Positions 53,283 to 64,000 of a stretch of 64,000 bases of DNA are shown piece by piece (the stretch's first letter is position 1; each line of letters opens with the position of its first letter). Made by a program: the position numbers and the translations under genes. Location: NCBI GenBank assembly GCA_000004985.1, contig GG738849.1; one strand, given 5' to 3'. Below the pieces are notes generated by a model, which saw only the letters and a program-made list of their open reading frames with translations, searched no databases and was not told the origin of the DNA. The DNA comes from Naegleria gruberi. Its lineage: Eukaryota.

Positions 53283-54674
53283 TCAAATCAAATTTCCTTC
53301 ATTCTGTAACTCTGTTTCAATAAATATTTGATCACTCAAAGAGAATAAGTCTTGGTGAGGCAAATAAACATGTTGATAATAGCTTTTGAAAAAGTGAATG
53401 GCTGAACAAGCTATATTTCCAAAATATGCTCCTCCACTATGCAAACCCATTATTCTTGTTGAAATGTAACTCTTCTGGAACAAGTTTTTTAGTTCGGTTT
53501 CATTGATTGTTATTTGATCATATTTCACAATCTCTCCTAACCGGTCGACATTGATTCTACACTTAAATAAAGGCCCTCCAGAGCAACAGATAGTGGTTCC
53601 ACAATTGTAAACAGGGTTGTTCCCTGGCTTACAAGATGTAGTCCATCCAAAAGACAGGGCCATATCGAAGGGAATAATTTTCCAAACATCTTCAATTTCA
53701 AATCCAATCTCTCTTAATCTTTTAAATTCTCTACAGTCATTATCAAAGGTGCCTTTTGTGAAATAGCCAATAAGCAAAGTTGAATAAATGCACGGATATC
53801 CTTCTGTTTCTGTAAAATGGTTTAATGCTCTTGATTCTGATGGAGAAGGAATTAATGTTAACGAATCTTCTAAAAGGTCGTTCGTCATCCCAGAGGTAAC
53901 CTTCAAAAGTGCCCAGTCAGAGGAGTGGTCTTTTTTCGTTTTAAAATCTCCTGTTTCCACTAGACTACCATCACACTCCTTAAATTGCCCACCATTACTC
54001 AAGACAATGAAAATTCCCTTAATAATTGGATTATTCATCTCTTTAGGATAAAATATATGAGCACTTGTTAAAGCCATCATATAGTCCAAAGATTTATCTT
54101 TCAAGACAATAACACCACTTCCAATGAAGGAACGGGTTTCGTATCCTTCTTGTAGAATGACTGTTATTTTGCATGAGTGAGCATATATGGACTTTAAAGC
54201 ACAATCTTGAGAAGCAAAACTCCACTCTTTTTCAAGAAACTTTGGAGTGATAAGGTTGTGGTAATTAATTTTTCTCTTTGCATCTGTCTTGAGGAGTGCA
54301 ACAGAGTTTCCTTTGAAATGTTTTTGCTCAGTTTCTGTTAGTTCTTCATTGGAAATCAACTTATCCTTATTAATTACATTAAAGAACACAGTTTCCCAAA
54401 CAATATCTTCATCATTGGTCTCGAATGAAAATTCAGGAATGTTATTACTAACGGCAAAACATTCATCAGGGCTATCGAGTTGAACTTCTGGTTCTGGTTC
54501 TAACATACTAAGGCTATTATTTTTTTTTGATTTTAAAATTATTCCTAATAGTGTTTGATGAATGTTTGGTAGTGAAATTGGAGAACTCAAGATAATGATG
54601 GAAAACCATCCTCGACGAATAATAACTTTAATGGAAATAGTTTGGCATGTTGCATTGTAAATTGATCCTATCAA
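53283..54674 (-). CDS. trypsin-like (PA clan / S1-fold) serine peptidase domain protein
   Basis: Catalytic-triad contexts are recognisable: His '…GSGVIV…ALTSAHIF', Asp '…DWALLKV', Ser '…TICCSGGPLF' (canonical GDSGGP). A C-terminal 'GLHSGG' is also present. Large N-terminal non-protease region. Confidence 0.6.
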   Translation of the reverse strand: MIGSIYNATCQTISIKVIIRRGWFSIIILSSPISLPNIHQTLLGIILKSKKNNSLSMLEPEPEVQLDSPDECFAVSNNIPEFSFETNDEDIVWETVFFNVINKDKLISNEELTETEQKHFKGNSVALLKTDAKRKINYHNLITPKFLEKEWSFASQDCALKSIYAHSCKITVILQEGYETRSFIGSGVIVLKDKSLDYMMALTSAHIFYPKEMNNPIIKGIFIVLSNGGQFKECDGSLVETGDFKTKKDHSSDWALLKVTSGMTNDLLEDSLTLIPSPSESRALNHFTETEGYPCIYSTLLIGYFTKGTFDNDCREFKRLREIGFEIEDVWKIIPFDMALSFGWTTSCKPGNNPVYNCGTTICCSGGPLFKCRINVDRLGEIVKYDQITINETELKNLFQKSYISTRIMGLHSGGAYFGNIACSAIHFFKSYYQHVYLPHQDLFSLSDQIFIETELQNEGNLI

Positions 54675-54686
54675 AAGTTAAAAAAA

Positions 54687-55391
54687 ATGTCAAAAGATAA
54701 TTTGTTATTTCTTGTTGTTATCATTGTTGGTGTATTGACTCATCTCTCTACACAAACATCATATCCACTATCCGAATCCATCACAACAATGATCAAACAA
54801 TCTCGCCAACAATATTCTGAAGCAAGTCGTTTCGAATACATGAAGAAACTTTCCGAAACTAAAAATCAACGTTCAGTTCTTGCCACTTCAGGTGTAGAAT
54901 CTGGTACATGGTTACTAGGTGATATGACACTGTTTGATAAGAATTGCGATCAATCAGTTCTTCCATTCACTCAAATGCAGTCAACTGGAAATGACATTAC
55001 AATTTCACATATCATTGGCAACTTTAAAATGTCAATTGGAACCATCATTCAAAGACCATTAAGTAATTTATATAATGCCATTCTTTCCTATGATGGGGAT
55101 AGTATTCCAATTTGTTTTAATTTTAAAGATGGACAACTGGCATTTACTTCTGATTTCTTACTTTGTTCCTCAGTTGACAATTTCACACCAACTTGCCAAG
55201 CATCAAATGGAAATATTTACAATATTGCAATTGTTTACAAATCACCTGGTTCAATTTCTGGAGGAGTAACTGCAGCATTAGTTATTGGAATTGTTTTGGT
55301 ATGTTTACTGATTTTGTGTTGTTTCATTTGTTGTATTGTTTGCATGGTAAGAAGTGGAAGATCTCAAACAAATTATGGAAGATTAAATTAA
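54687..55391 (+). CDS. type I membrane/surface protein (signal peptide, C-terminal TM with Cys-rich juxtamembrane), hypothetical
   Basis: N-terminal 'MSKDNLLFLVVIIVGVLTHLSTQ' and C-terminal 'AALVIGIVLVCLLILCCFICCIVCMVRSGR'. Confidence 0.5.
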   Translation: MSKDNLLFLVVIIVGVLTHLSTQTSYPLSESITTMIKQSRQQYSEASRFEYMKKLSETKNQRSVLATSGVESGTWLLGDMTLFDKNCDQSVLPFTQMQSTGNDITISHIIGNFKMSIGTIIQRPLSNLYNAILSYDGDSIPICFNFKDGQLAFTSDFLLCSSVDNFTPTCQASNGNIYNIAIVYKSPGSISGGVTAALVIGIVLVCLLILCCFICCIVCMVRSGRSQTNYGRLN

Positions 55392-55560
55392 AGTCATCTG
55401 CAAATGCAAACCATCTTTCATTCAAATTATTTGGTGTAAATAAATCTCTTTTTCAGATTCTAATTCGTGAACAGTCAAAGAACTTTGCAAAGTATTCATG
55501 CATGAATAAAATTTAATATTTTGTTTTATTATTGTATGAACTTGTTAAATTCAATACCAT

Positions 55561-55927
55561 TTAAACTTCAGGAACCAATTTTGCAGGACCTATTCATTGG
55601 AATTAATGAGGAATAAATCATCATATGATGAAGTGTTTCATGTAAGGAAAACAAACAATAATTCTACATACCAGTCGATCTCTTATAAATTAAAATACCC
55701 CACAAAATACTCCAAACCCATCCGACAACAAACCATGAAGTAAACATTTGCAAAAGACCGAATATTATGCAATAAGTCTTCTTCTTATCCTTCTTAGTCA
55801 AAAAGGCAGCAATAAAGGTACCCAAACCTGGCCAGATAATATTCAAAATCAACAAAATAATTGGCCAGTTATCCTCCACCTTTGGAATATACTTTAACAA
55901 TGATTTTAAGAGACCTGCTTCAGACAT
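55561..55927 (-). CDS. small two-pass membrane protein (TM2-domain-like), 2 exons
   Basis: complement(join(55561..55589,55672..55927)), with a GTATGT donor and 82-nt intron. Product '…NWPIILLILNIIWPGLGTFIAAFL…FGLLQMFTSWFVVGWVWSILWGILIYKRSTG|GPAKLVPEV*'. Confidence 0.45.
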
Positions 55928-56479
55928 TTTGTGTTGAGTTTTTTTTATGTTGTTGTGGCTATTAAAATGGCGCCAAATTGTAATTTAAGGTTTTGGAGCC
56001 TTCCTAAAAGGGATGATGAGAAAGTGATGGCCGAAAGGTGTGACCTGAATGGCTGTGGATTGGCTACAAGTGGAAAGGATGGTAGACAATTAGTCTATGC
56101 TGAGAAGTTGTGGAAAAGGACATGGCTTTAACCAATTCCAAATTGTTGCAAGTCAAGGAAATTCAAACAATTTCATGAACTATCTCAATTGTACTTCAAA
56201 TTTTCAAACTATTCCAGTAGCACAGTTCAGTTGTGAAATCAGAACCTCAATCTCCTTAAACATCTCAAAAACCCCTCCATCAACATTCAAAGCGATCAGT
56301 CACCACGGATAATAGCAAACATAGTTTAGGAACTGTCTTCATTTTCATTGGACTGAAAATAAGAAAAAAAATAGCAACCTTAACCTTGAAATTAACCCCC
56401 AAACAATTCAAAATTAATAAAACAACTCTCCGTTAGGTCAAATTCAATTAAGAATTTTTGATTGAAAAGTTGAAAAAAA

Positions 56480-57787
56480 ATGAACGTGCAACACATAAAG
56501 ACCATTTCATCTTCCTCCTCAGAGGATGAACGAATTTCCATTATCAAATCAGAGAAAGCCTCTTCATCATCAGCATCACGTAGAAAAGTAATTTTAGGAA
56601 TTTCCATCACAATGATTATTCTGGTGATTTGTTTGATTGTTTTGGGAGTAATTGTGATGGCTATTTGTTTTGGAGTTGGTTCATATGTGTGGGATTTAGC
56701 ATTTGGAACTGATAAAGCAGAGGATTGTCCGAATAGTGTGAGACAGAACAGACCTTGGAATTTTACTGTGGCCGATGCTGATTATTGTCCTCCCTTGGTT
56801 GATTCCTATAATTATTCATTGTTGAAGAATGTTTATTTGAATTATGATGAAATTAAACCATATTTTGAGGAGGTTACATTTAAATCGAGAGATACTGAGT
56901 GGGTTGCAAGTGGAAGTGGAAATATTGTTGGAAATTTGGTGTTACAACCAGTTGTGAATGAAACGAGTCGTTTTGTGATTGTTGTGCACGGATATCAATG
57001 TTGTAGATTTACGTATGCAAGTGTTGAGCCAGCTGCCATGCTCTATAGAAATGGATTCAATGTCTTGTATATTGATTTGAGAAATTATGGAGATTCTGAT
57101 ATTTATGCTCCAAATCCATACGCTTCATATGGTTATTATGAACATCGTGATGTTTTGGGAGCTTTGGATTATTTGGAGAGTAGATTTAAATTCCTAAAGA
57201 ATGCTTCACAACCAAGAGTGGCTGTTTTTGGAACTTCAATGGTAAGTCTTTCAGGAAATAATTATTGAAACTAAACTGTTCAGGGAGCTGCAACCTCATT
57301 GATTGCCTTCTCACAAGAGAAGAGATTCAAAATGGTATTTGCCGATTCACCACCTTGTAACGTGTACGAAACAATAATGTTTGGAGCTGAACAAATTGCT
57401 CCTGGCATGTCGGGTGCCCTTTTTAATTTAGCCAAATCAGTAGTTGCAATTAAGGGAACTCAAGGATTTCCACCATTCCCTCTCGATCCTCAAACATGCA
57501 TGAAAACTGTTGACCTATCAGGAGAGAGAAGAATATTCTTCTTCCAAGGTTCATCAGATTATGTAGTTCCAGAATTCAATTATTATCAATGTATTGAAGC
57601 AGCTACCGCCAGTGCCAAATCTCAGAACGTAAACATTACAGAAAAGATCAATTCACACTTGTTTGAAGTGGATTATTCCAAGATTAGTGGAAGAGGAGTT
57701 GATTTTTGTGATGGACACCTGGTGCCAATGTATGTCGATCCTGCAGGATATGAAAAGATAATGATTGGATTTTTCAAAGATTTGTAG
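56480..57787 (+). CDS. membrane-anchored alpha/beta-hydrolase fold enzyme, 2 exons
   Basis: join(56480..57241,57284..57787), 42-nt GTAAGT…TTCAG intron. The nucleophile elbow 'VAVFGTSM|GAATS' (GxSxG) spans the splice junction. TM anchor near the N-terminus. 'VIVVHGY' oxyanion region. Confidence 0.7.
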
Positions 57788-58151
57788 AAATACATTAATT
57801 TATTCTTATACTTTGATTGGAGCCACTTGATACTCTAGGTGGTGTTTCAATATTGCTTTTTCTACAATTTCATGAACCAATGATACTTTGATCTACTTTG
57901 GTTGAAAGATTCAAATCCTTGAGGACCAGGAACTCCATGTTAACAAGTATCCCTTCTTAGCGACCTTATTCTTGAGCTCCACTGAAGAACAAATATACGA
58001 ATTGAATTTAAAGCAAAACTTAAGATGAAAAAGATTATAACACTTCTTAAAATTTTTAAATAGTAATTCTGCAAACTCAAACCTTGAATATTGAATTTCC
58101 ACCTTATGTTTTTGAATTCTTGCACCTTTACAAAATTTCCACTAATAAAAA

Positions 58152-58682
58152 ATGTTGAAACACATCCGATCATCATCCGTTCTGATGAACACAAAGAGAT
58201 TCTACACAACAACAATTATTAACAAATTCATGAATAATTCATCATTATTATCATCATCATCAGCACCAACAACAACCACTACTGAACATACACCACTTGG
58301 TGATTTTCCCTTCACTCAAACTCAATACATCGGAGCAATCAATAGAACTGTCGATAGAATTACAGAAGTATTGGATAAATTCTATGATTCGGAGGTGGAT
58401 AACTTGGAAGAGAAGGGTATGGATTTGGAGGTTGAAGGAGGACATGATGGAGTTGTAAATATTAAAGTCACAACAAGTGAAGATAAGCTGATGGTTTTTG
58501 TAGTTTCGAGACAAACCCCTGCTAGAGAGTTGTGGCTTTCGAGTGCCATCAGTGGACCTTGGCATTATAGATATGATCATGTCAATGATGATTGGATTTG
58601 CACACGAGAGGGACATTTGAAATTTTGGCAAAGAATGGAAAAGGAATTATCACAAGTTTTAGAACAGGAAATTAAATTTTAA
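58152..58682 (+). CDS. FXN: frataxin (mitochondrial)
   Basis: '…DSEVDNLEEKGMDLEVEGG…VNIKV…LMVFVVSRQTPARELWLSSAISGPWHYRYD…W' matches the frataxin/CyaY core. N-terminal presequence-like region. Confidence 0.9.
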   Translation: MLKHIRSSSVLMNTKRFYTTTIINKFMNNSSLLSSSSAPTTTTTEHTPLGDFPFTQTQYIGAINRTVDRITEVLDKFYDSEVDNLEEKGMDLEVEGGHDGVVNIKVTTSEDKLMVFVVSRQTPARELWLSSAISGPWHYRYDHVNDDWICTREGHLKFWQRMEKELSQVLEQEIKF

Positions 58683-58883
58683 ATATTCATGATATCATGC
58701 TTTTTAAATTATTATTATTTGATTCCGAATTGATGAATTGTAATTGTTTTAACTATATTTAAAAAGGACAAGATTGTAAAAAAATAAAATATTATTGTAA
58801 TAATACATATATAAATAATTTTATTTTTCCTTAGGGCTCTATTACAAGCACTGTAGTTGTCTCTTATCTACAAATTTACACAT

Positions 58884-59840
58884 TTAAATGAATGGAATGT
58901 CAACACCCAATCTCCATTGTGCCAAAGTGAGAGCAATACCACTCATAATTGGAATTGACAAGTTATCATTAATCTGATCGAGGAAAAGTTCAGTAAGTGT
59001 GGCAGTAATTGCACCAACAAGTGAAATATATTCATAGAGATGAACATGATAAAAGATTGAAAATCCAACAAGGAGACAAACTAAAAAGTTTGCAATGCAT
59101 CCTTCCAATGATTTGCTCTTGTAAACTCTAACTCTACCAAATGAAATACCAACCAATGCAGCAGACAAGTCACCCAAATCCAAGAATAAAAGAGAAGCAA
59201 TAGCAATTGTTGGTTGGAAAAGAATCATTGTCAAGAGTGAACCAATCAAATAATAAGTAGAACCGTTGATATCATTAATTTCCTTCTTTCTCATAATTCT
59301 ACCAGCTGGTGAATCTTGGAAAAACTTGTTGAATTTGTCAGAATTTAATCTCAAAATCTAATTTACATGACATTATGATAATTGACAAGATTCATAAAAC
59401 ATCATAAATCATCAAATAACAAATTGTCATTATTTAAATAATATTATGATCAAATAGTCATCACAACAAGATATTTAAATAATAATAAACGTAATTGTTA
59501 TCACCAACAGTATCGGATCATCATGATGACAAATAAAATTCAACCACTATAAACTTACATCAACTGCAAGTGAAAGACCAGCAAATCCAGCAACAATAGA
59601 ACAAGCATAGAATTGAGACAAGAATTCAAACTTCAATCCAAAATAATAAATACCAGGAACCAACAAACCAATCAAGTGGAATGTCTTTCTCTTAAATTCA
59701 CTCATAAATTTAGCAGCTCTTTGTTTGGATGTTCCTAAAAATTCTCGTACTTGTTGTTGAACACCTTTTCCTTTGAGAAACACTGACACTACCAGGGCAC
59801 TGATAGTCATGACCGTTAAGAGAATCCACAAGAGGTTCAT
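58884..59840 (-). CDS. CTP-dependent polyprenol kinase family protein (dolichol kinase / phytol kinase-like), 2 exons
   Basis: complement(join(58884..59357,59559..59840)), 201-nt GTAAGT…TTAG intron. Multi-TM protein with the family C-terminal motif '…DLGDLSAALVGISFGRVRVYKSKSLEGCIANFLVCLLV…'. Confidence 0.6.
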
Positions 59841-60198
59841 GGTGTTGTTGAATTTTTTTTAAAATTAGTGGTGGAGTTTTATTTGAGTGCCATTGATGTT
59901 CAATGTTCGAAGTTTCTCAAGTGAATCAATTCACAAAATAAAATTAGATGGGAATCAAAAAATTGTAATAGAAGAAATGAAATAAAGAATAAAAGAAGAG
60001 ATGTGTTGGCCATCTTTCTTTGAAAATCTTTAACGAAAATCTTTAGCGAAAAGGATATCCTAAACAGTTCCCTTATAATTTCTTCTTACAAATTGTAACA
60101 CCATTGGAGAATATGAAAGAATTTCCAAATTATGATAAATAGTTTTTTGTTTTTTAATGATTCGATTCCAAAATTGTTCAGTTACTGAACTAGTTAAT

Positions 60199-61626
60199 TT
60201 ACAAATTCTTAAAGATTGAAACAACAGATGTCTTGTCGTTACCACCCATGTTAGCACAGACACCGACTTCCAAACTTCCATTCAATTGGTAATCACCTGC
60301 CTTACCCTTCATTTGCTTGAAAACTTCGTTAATTTGTTTAACACCAGTAGCCTTAATAAAAGAGTAAATAAATTATTATACTAAATACTTACACCAACAG
60401 GGTGACCGAATGAGATCAAACCACCACCAGTATTGACCATAGGCTTTGTCAAGTGGAGGAAAGCACCTTCACCTGGCTTGGAGAAGCCCAAAGCTTCATT
60501 CATACCAACTTCAGCAATAGCAAAACAGTCGTGAACTTCAGCAATGGAAACATCAGATGGTGAAACACCAGCCTTCTTGTAAGCTCTCTTAGCAGCAGCA
60601 TAAGTGGTCAACAAGTCAGAGAATGTTTCTGGAGTATCTTGATACAAGTTACCAATGGCAACTTCGGAGGCCAAAACTTCAATAGCATCAGAGTGCTTCA
60701 AGCCCAATTTTTGCAAACCTTCTTCACTGAGAACCAAAAGACCAGCACCACCATCGGAAACTTGAGAACATTCACACATCTTCAAAAAGTCCTTAATTTC
60801 TGGGTTAGAAAGGAATTTTGGTGAATCAATAATACCTTGATGATCGAGTTTAGAAGTGAACATTTGAGCCAATGGATTCTTATTACCAGCTTGATAGGCC
60901 TTGAAAGCAACCTTTTCGACATCTTCAGATTTAACAATTGAACCATACTTCTTCAAGTAGTGCATCTTACGAGTAGCATACCTATTTCATGATCAATTTC
61001 ATTTGTTCGGAATGAATATTTCATTTCGGAATTTGGTAATAATTCATCACACAATTAAAAAATCATTAAATAATTAAAAACATACAAAGCTGGGAATGTA
61101 AATTCATCGAGAACACGTTGTCTATTGAAATCGGCAGCCTTTGCCAAGTGAGCAGCACCTTCACGAGCACTGACAGTATTTTGTTCTTCGGCACCGACAA
61201 CCAAAGCAACATCACTGGTACCAGCCAAAATAGAGTCAACAGCAGCATTGAAAGCAACTAAAATTCATGAATAAATTAATCATGAAAATTAAACTTACCA
61301 CCACCAGAAGCACAAGCAGCTTCCAATCTATAAGATGGCTTGTACAACAAACCAGCATCGGCTTCAGAAATACCTGAACCAATGTGACCTTGTTGAGAGA
61401 AGCATTCACCAGCAAAGTTACCAACGAAAACTTTATCAACTTGTTTACCAGTACACTTATTCATCTTGAGGGTTTCTTGGATAGCTTGGACCAAATAAGT
61501 CTTCAAATCTGGATTGACTTGCTTGCCAAAGAGTGGGTGCTTCTTGTGAATAAAATCTGGATGACCCTTGCCAATAAACTTGGAGGTATAACCACCCAAA
61601 ACGTAGACCTTTCTGAGAGAGCTCAT
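60199..61626 (-). CDS. SCP2-type (SCPx-like) 3-ketoacyl-CoA thiolase, 4 exons
   Basis: complement(join(60199..60351,60393..60981,61086..61257,61299..61626)). Donors are GTAAGT, GTATGT and GTAAGT; introns are 41, 104 and 41 nt with consistent phases. Product 'MSSLRKVYVLGGYTSKFIGKG…AACASGG|VAFNAAVDSILAG…FTFPAL|YATRKMHYLKKYG…LISFGHPVG|ATGVKQINEVFKQMKGKAGDYQL…*' parallels the thiolase domain of SCPx (Cys active site, GHP(L/V)GATG C-terminal box). Confidence 0.85.
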
Positions 61627-62232
61627 TGTATGTATTGTTAGTGTTTTGATATTTTTTTTTGCTTGAAATTCTGCGCATTCATGCAAAGTGCGTCCCACCT
61701 TGGAAAATAAAGCGAGAAAATTTTGTAAAACCTCGCGTTTTGATCTGTTAAAATGTGTAAAAAAGAACCCAACAATATTTAGCGAGATTTAGGTCACTAC
61801 TCAATTCATTGTTCACCACCTTTGTTGTTTTTTCAATGTGAATGAACCAACTTTTTAAGGTTCAAATAAGGTAGGTTTTGGATTTTGATGATTTGCCTTA
61901 AAGATTTCCAAATGGCGAATTACATAACATCCTATAATAGTTATGGATTGTTGACTTTTCAAATTTATTTTCTGGCATGTGAAATATGTCATTATCTCTC
62001 ATGTGAAAGAATTTCTGGTTTAAGTATTTAACTAAGATGAAATTACCTTTACCTGATTGAATAAATAGTTAAATGTCCTTGATATTCTTAAAATTAATAG
62101 GAACAAACTCACAAAATTAATATTAAATTAATAAGAATGAAAAAGATAATATGATGTACATCCATTATATTAAGCAGAGAAAACAATTTATATATTGAAT
62201 TAATTTTAAATGAATAAATATTTTTTAAAAAA

Positions 62233-62436
62233 ATGTTCACCACATCCCTTGTTTGCCAAATGTCGGCAAGATTCACCAAGGCTCAAATTCGTCGTCTCCG
62301 TGAAACTAGAAACTTGCAAAAGCTCCGTGAAGAACAAAAGCAAACTCTCAACAAGCGTTATTATCCTGCTTTGGAACCAACTTGGCACAAGAAGGCTTCT
62401 TGGAAGAAGCTTGTTGAATCAGTGCAACAACAATAA
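62233..62436 (+). CDS. small basic protein (67 aa), hypothetical
   Basis: ORF 'MFTTSLVCQMSARFTKAQIRRLRETRNLQKLREEQKQTLNKRYYPALEPTWHKKASWKKLVESVQQQ', ATG in an A-rich context. Small basic proteins of this type are often mitochondrial, but no family recognised. Confidence 0.35.
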   Translation: MFTTSLVCQMSARFTKAQIRRLRETRNLQKLREEQKQTLNKRYYPALEPTWHKKASWKKLVESVQQQ

Positions 62437-62951
62437 TTTAACTAATAACAATAACCTAATTTTTGGAACGAGTTTATAGTATCATAGTATCGGAACATCA
62501 GAAAATAAAACATTAAAAAACATTCGCAAATTCTCCAACAATTATCTTTCAATCATTATCTTATTTCCCAACAAAACAAATTAGAAATAATTTTAAAAAA
62601 CTATTTCTTGCCTCCAACTCTGCTCACCTGGACAATGTGTGAATAGGTTTAATATGGTCAAGGAATCTATCAACCCCCGTATAGACTACATCTAGTGGAA
62701 GCCAGAAAATAGCTTTTAAGAGGTTTTAAATTGGGTAAAGATTTACGCAATGTATTTTCCTTCTGGATTATTGTATTTGACAAAAATGAGATTTACTTTT
62801 GGTTTTTTAATTTTAAAATATTATTTAATTGTTTTAAAAGATTCTAAACAATTTAGATTTCATTATTCTATAAAATTGAACATAACTAAAAGATAATATA
62901 TTAAACTGGGCAGATAAAGAAACATTCAATTATTAATAACATTAAAAAAAA

Positions 62952-64000
62952 ATGAGTTCATCCCAAACACCATCATCACAACAAGGAGGTGAGTCATCCA
63001 ATCCACCTTCAAGTAGCAGCAGCAGTGGTATCAATCAATACAATACTTCTCAAGCTACAGGAGGTTCCTCGTCATCTTATTATGGTCGGGGTAGTGGTAG
63101 TAGCGGTGGTGGTGGAAATACTTCAGCCTCTTCTCATCATTCATATAATAATAATTATAATTATTATTCTAGGTCTTCCGGTGGTAGTAGTAGTGGAGGT
63201 TATAATTATAATCGCTCTGGAAATTATTACAATAATAGTGGACATTATTCACAAAGTCAACAACCTTCTTCGACATCATCATCGTCATCGACGAGTGGTA
63301 ATACCAACCCAAATTCTGCAAATCCACAACCACCTCCACCTACAAGTGGTAGTGATAATTCTACAATGTCTACATCGGCAACAAATGTGACTGCCGCAAC
63401 AGGAGCCTCTTCATCATCTATGAGTCAGGATGGAGGAAATTCTCAATCATCCTATCATCAGTATGGTAATTATAGAAGATTTGGAAATGATCAACAACAA
63501 ATGTATTCGGGAAGAGATTATTATTATAGAAGAGATGCAGGATATGATCAATATAGAACAGATGACATGTCATATAATAGATCCTACTATCAACAAAACT
63601 ATCAAAGAAAGAATTTTTCCTCTCCAAGTGGTTACAATAACAAGTATTATTACAATACCACAAGTCCATATACAAGCTATCATGCAAGTAGCAATCCAAC
63701 TGCAGCAGCTGCTGCATTAGCTTCTAGGCAATCCAGCGAACAGTCCAAGTCACAAACCAACACTTCAACATCAACTACTACCAGTAACGAGACTACCCCA
63801 AGCAAAAATTCAACAGTATCAAATGCAACAAATGTAACAACAACAACAGTGGATTCTACCAATCCTCCCCAACAAACCACAACAACACCTCCACCACCAA
63901 CTGTTAGCAATAGTAATGCTATGAGTAGTGGCAACACTTCAGTGCCATCCACACCAACCAAGTCTGTCACAAATGCAACAGACCAGCAGCCAGTTACACC
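62952..64000 (+). CDS. 5' part of a gene encoding a prion-like S/G/N/Y/T-rich low-complexity protein; runs off the window end
   Basis: ATG at 62952 opens a frame with no stop through 64000, about 349 codons (MSSSQTPSSQQGGESSNPPSSSSSSGINQYNTSQATGGSSSSYYGRGSGSSGGGGN…YNYYSRSSGGSSSGGYNYNRSGNYYNN…). Absent from the ORF track because no stop occurs inside the window. Confidence 0.5.
   Translation, partial: MSSSQTPSSQQGGESSNPPSSSSSSGINQYNTSQATGGSSSSYYGRGSGSSGGGGNTSASSHHSYNNNYNYYSRSSGGSSSGGYNYNRSGNYYNNSGHYSQSQQPSSTSSSSSTSGNTNPNSANPQPPPPTSGSDNSTMSTSATNVTAATGASSSSMSQDGGNSQSSYHQYGNYRRFGNDQQQMYSGRDYYYRRDAGYDQYRTDDMSYNRSYYQQNYQRKNFSSPSGYNNKYYYNTTSPYTSYHASSNPTAAAAALASRQSSEQSKSQTNTSTSTTTSNETTPSKNSTVSNATNVTTTTVDSTNPPQQTTTTPPPPTVSNSNAMSSGNTSVPSTPTKSVTNATDQQPVT

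Noticed and set aside
1-64000. CRISPR arrays, rRNA genes, prokaryotic operons and large mobile elements
   Set aside because: None seen. No direct-repeat/spacer arrays, no rRNA-like stretches, no transposase, integrase or reverse-transcriptase motifs in any frame examined. Repeats are limited to coding low-complexity sequence and the short tandem units reported.

Overview
This is an AT-rich (~65-68% AT), very gene-dense nuclear segment from a eukaryote: about 48 protein-coding genes, roughly one per 1.3 kb, on both strands. Many genes are interrupted by short spliceosomal introns of 30-205 nt with GTAAGT or GTATGT donors and (T)AG acceptors. Two nuclear-type tRNA genes are present: tRNA-Gly(UCC) and tRNA-Asp(GUC).

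Most genes are conserved eukaryotic housekeeping genes. Recognised products include UBE2C, the AP-4 mu subunit, mitoribosomal uL24m, IFT38/CLUAP1, Tctex-type dynein light chain, an exosome RNase-PH subunit, AATF, NKAP, thiamine pyrophosphokinase, squalene synthase, HBS1-like GTPase, TRAP-alpha, ELP5, BuGZ/ZNF207, frataxin and an SCP2-type thiolase.

The most striking gene is an intronless ORF at ~13239-14567 that encodes a bacterial-type GspE/PilB secretion ATPase. Its Walker A, Asp box, His box and tetracysteine CxxC...CxxC motif are all legible, and it is flanked by unmistakably eukaryotic, intron-containing genes. A flagellated protist carrying cilium genes, sterol synthesis and a GspE homolog fits the mitochondrial T2SS-derived system described in Naegleria, jakobids and malawimonads. 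GC content and intron style are compatible with a heterolobosean such as Naegleria, but that is inference.

Other points of interest:
- A tandem array of eight ~50-nt GTAAGT-initiated intron-like units sits inside an ankyrin-repeat gene, with in-frame 3-nt and 12-nt micro-exon candidates.
- Three intron-rich small genes are invisible to the ORF track: a COX7C-like mitochondrial membrane protein, an ML/NPC2-domain protein with a 30-nt intron, and the 5' exons of a CUE-domain gene.
- An unusually long 1.2-kb divergent intergenic region carries short direct and inverted repeats.
- A prion-like S/N/Y/G-rich ORF runs off the 3' end of the window.

Splice-site coordinates were derived by hand and may be off by 1-2 nt.
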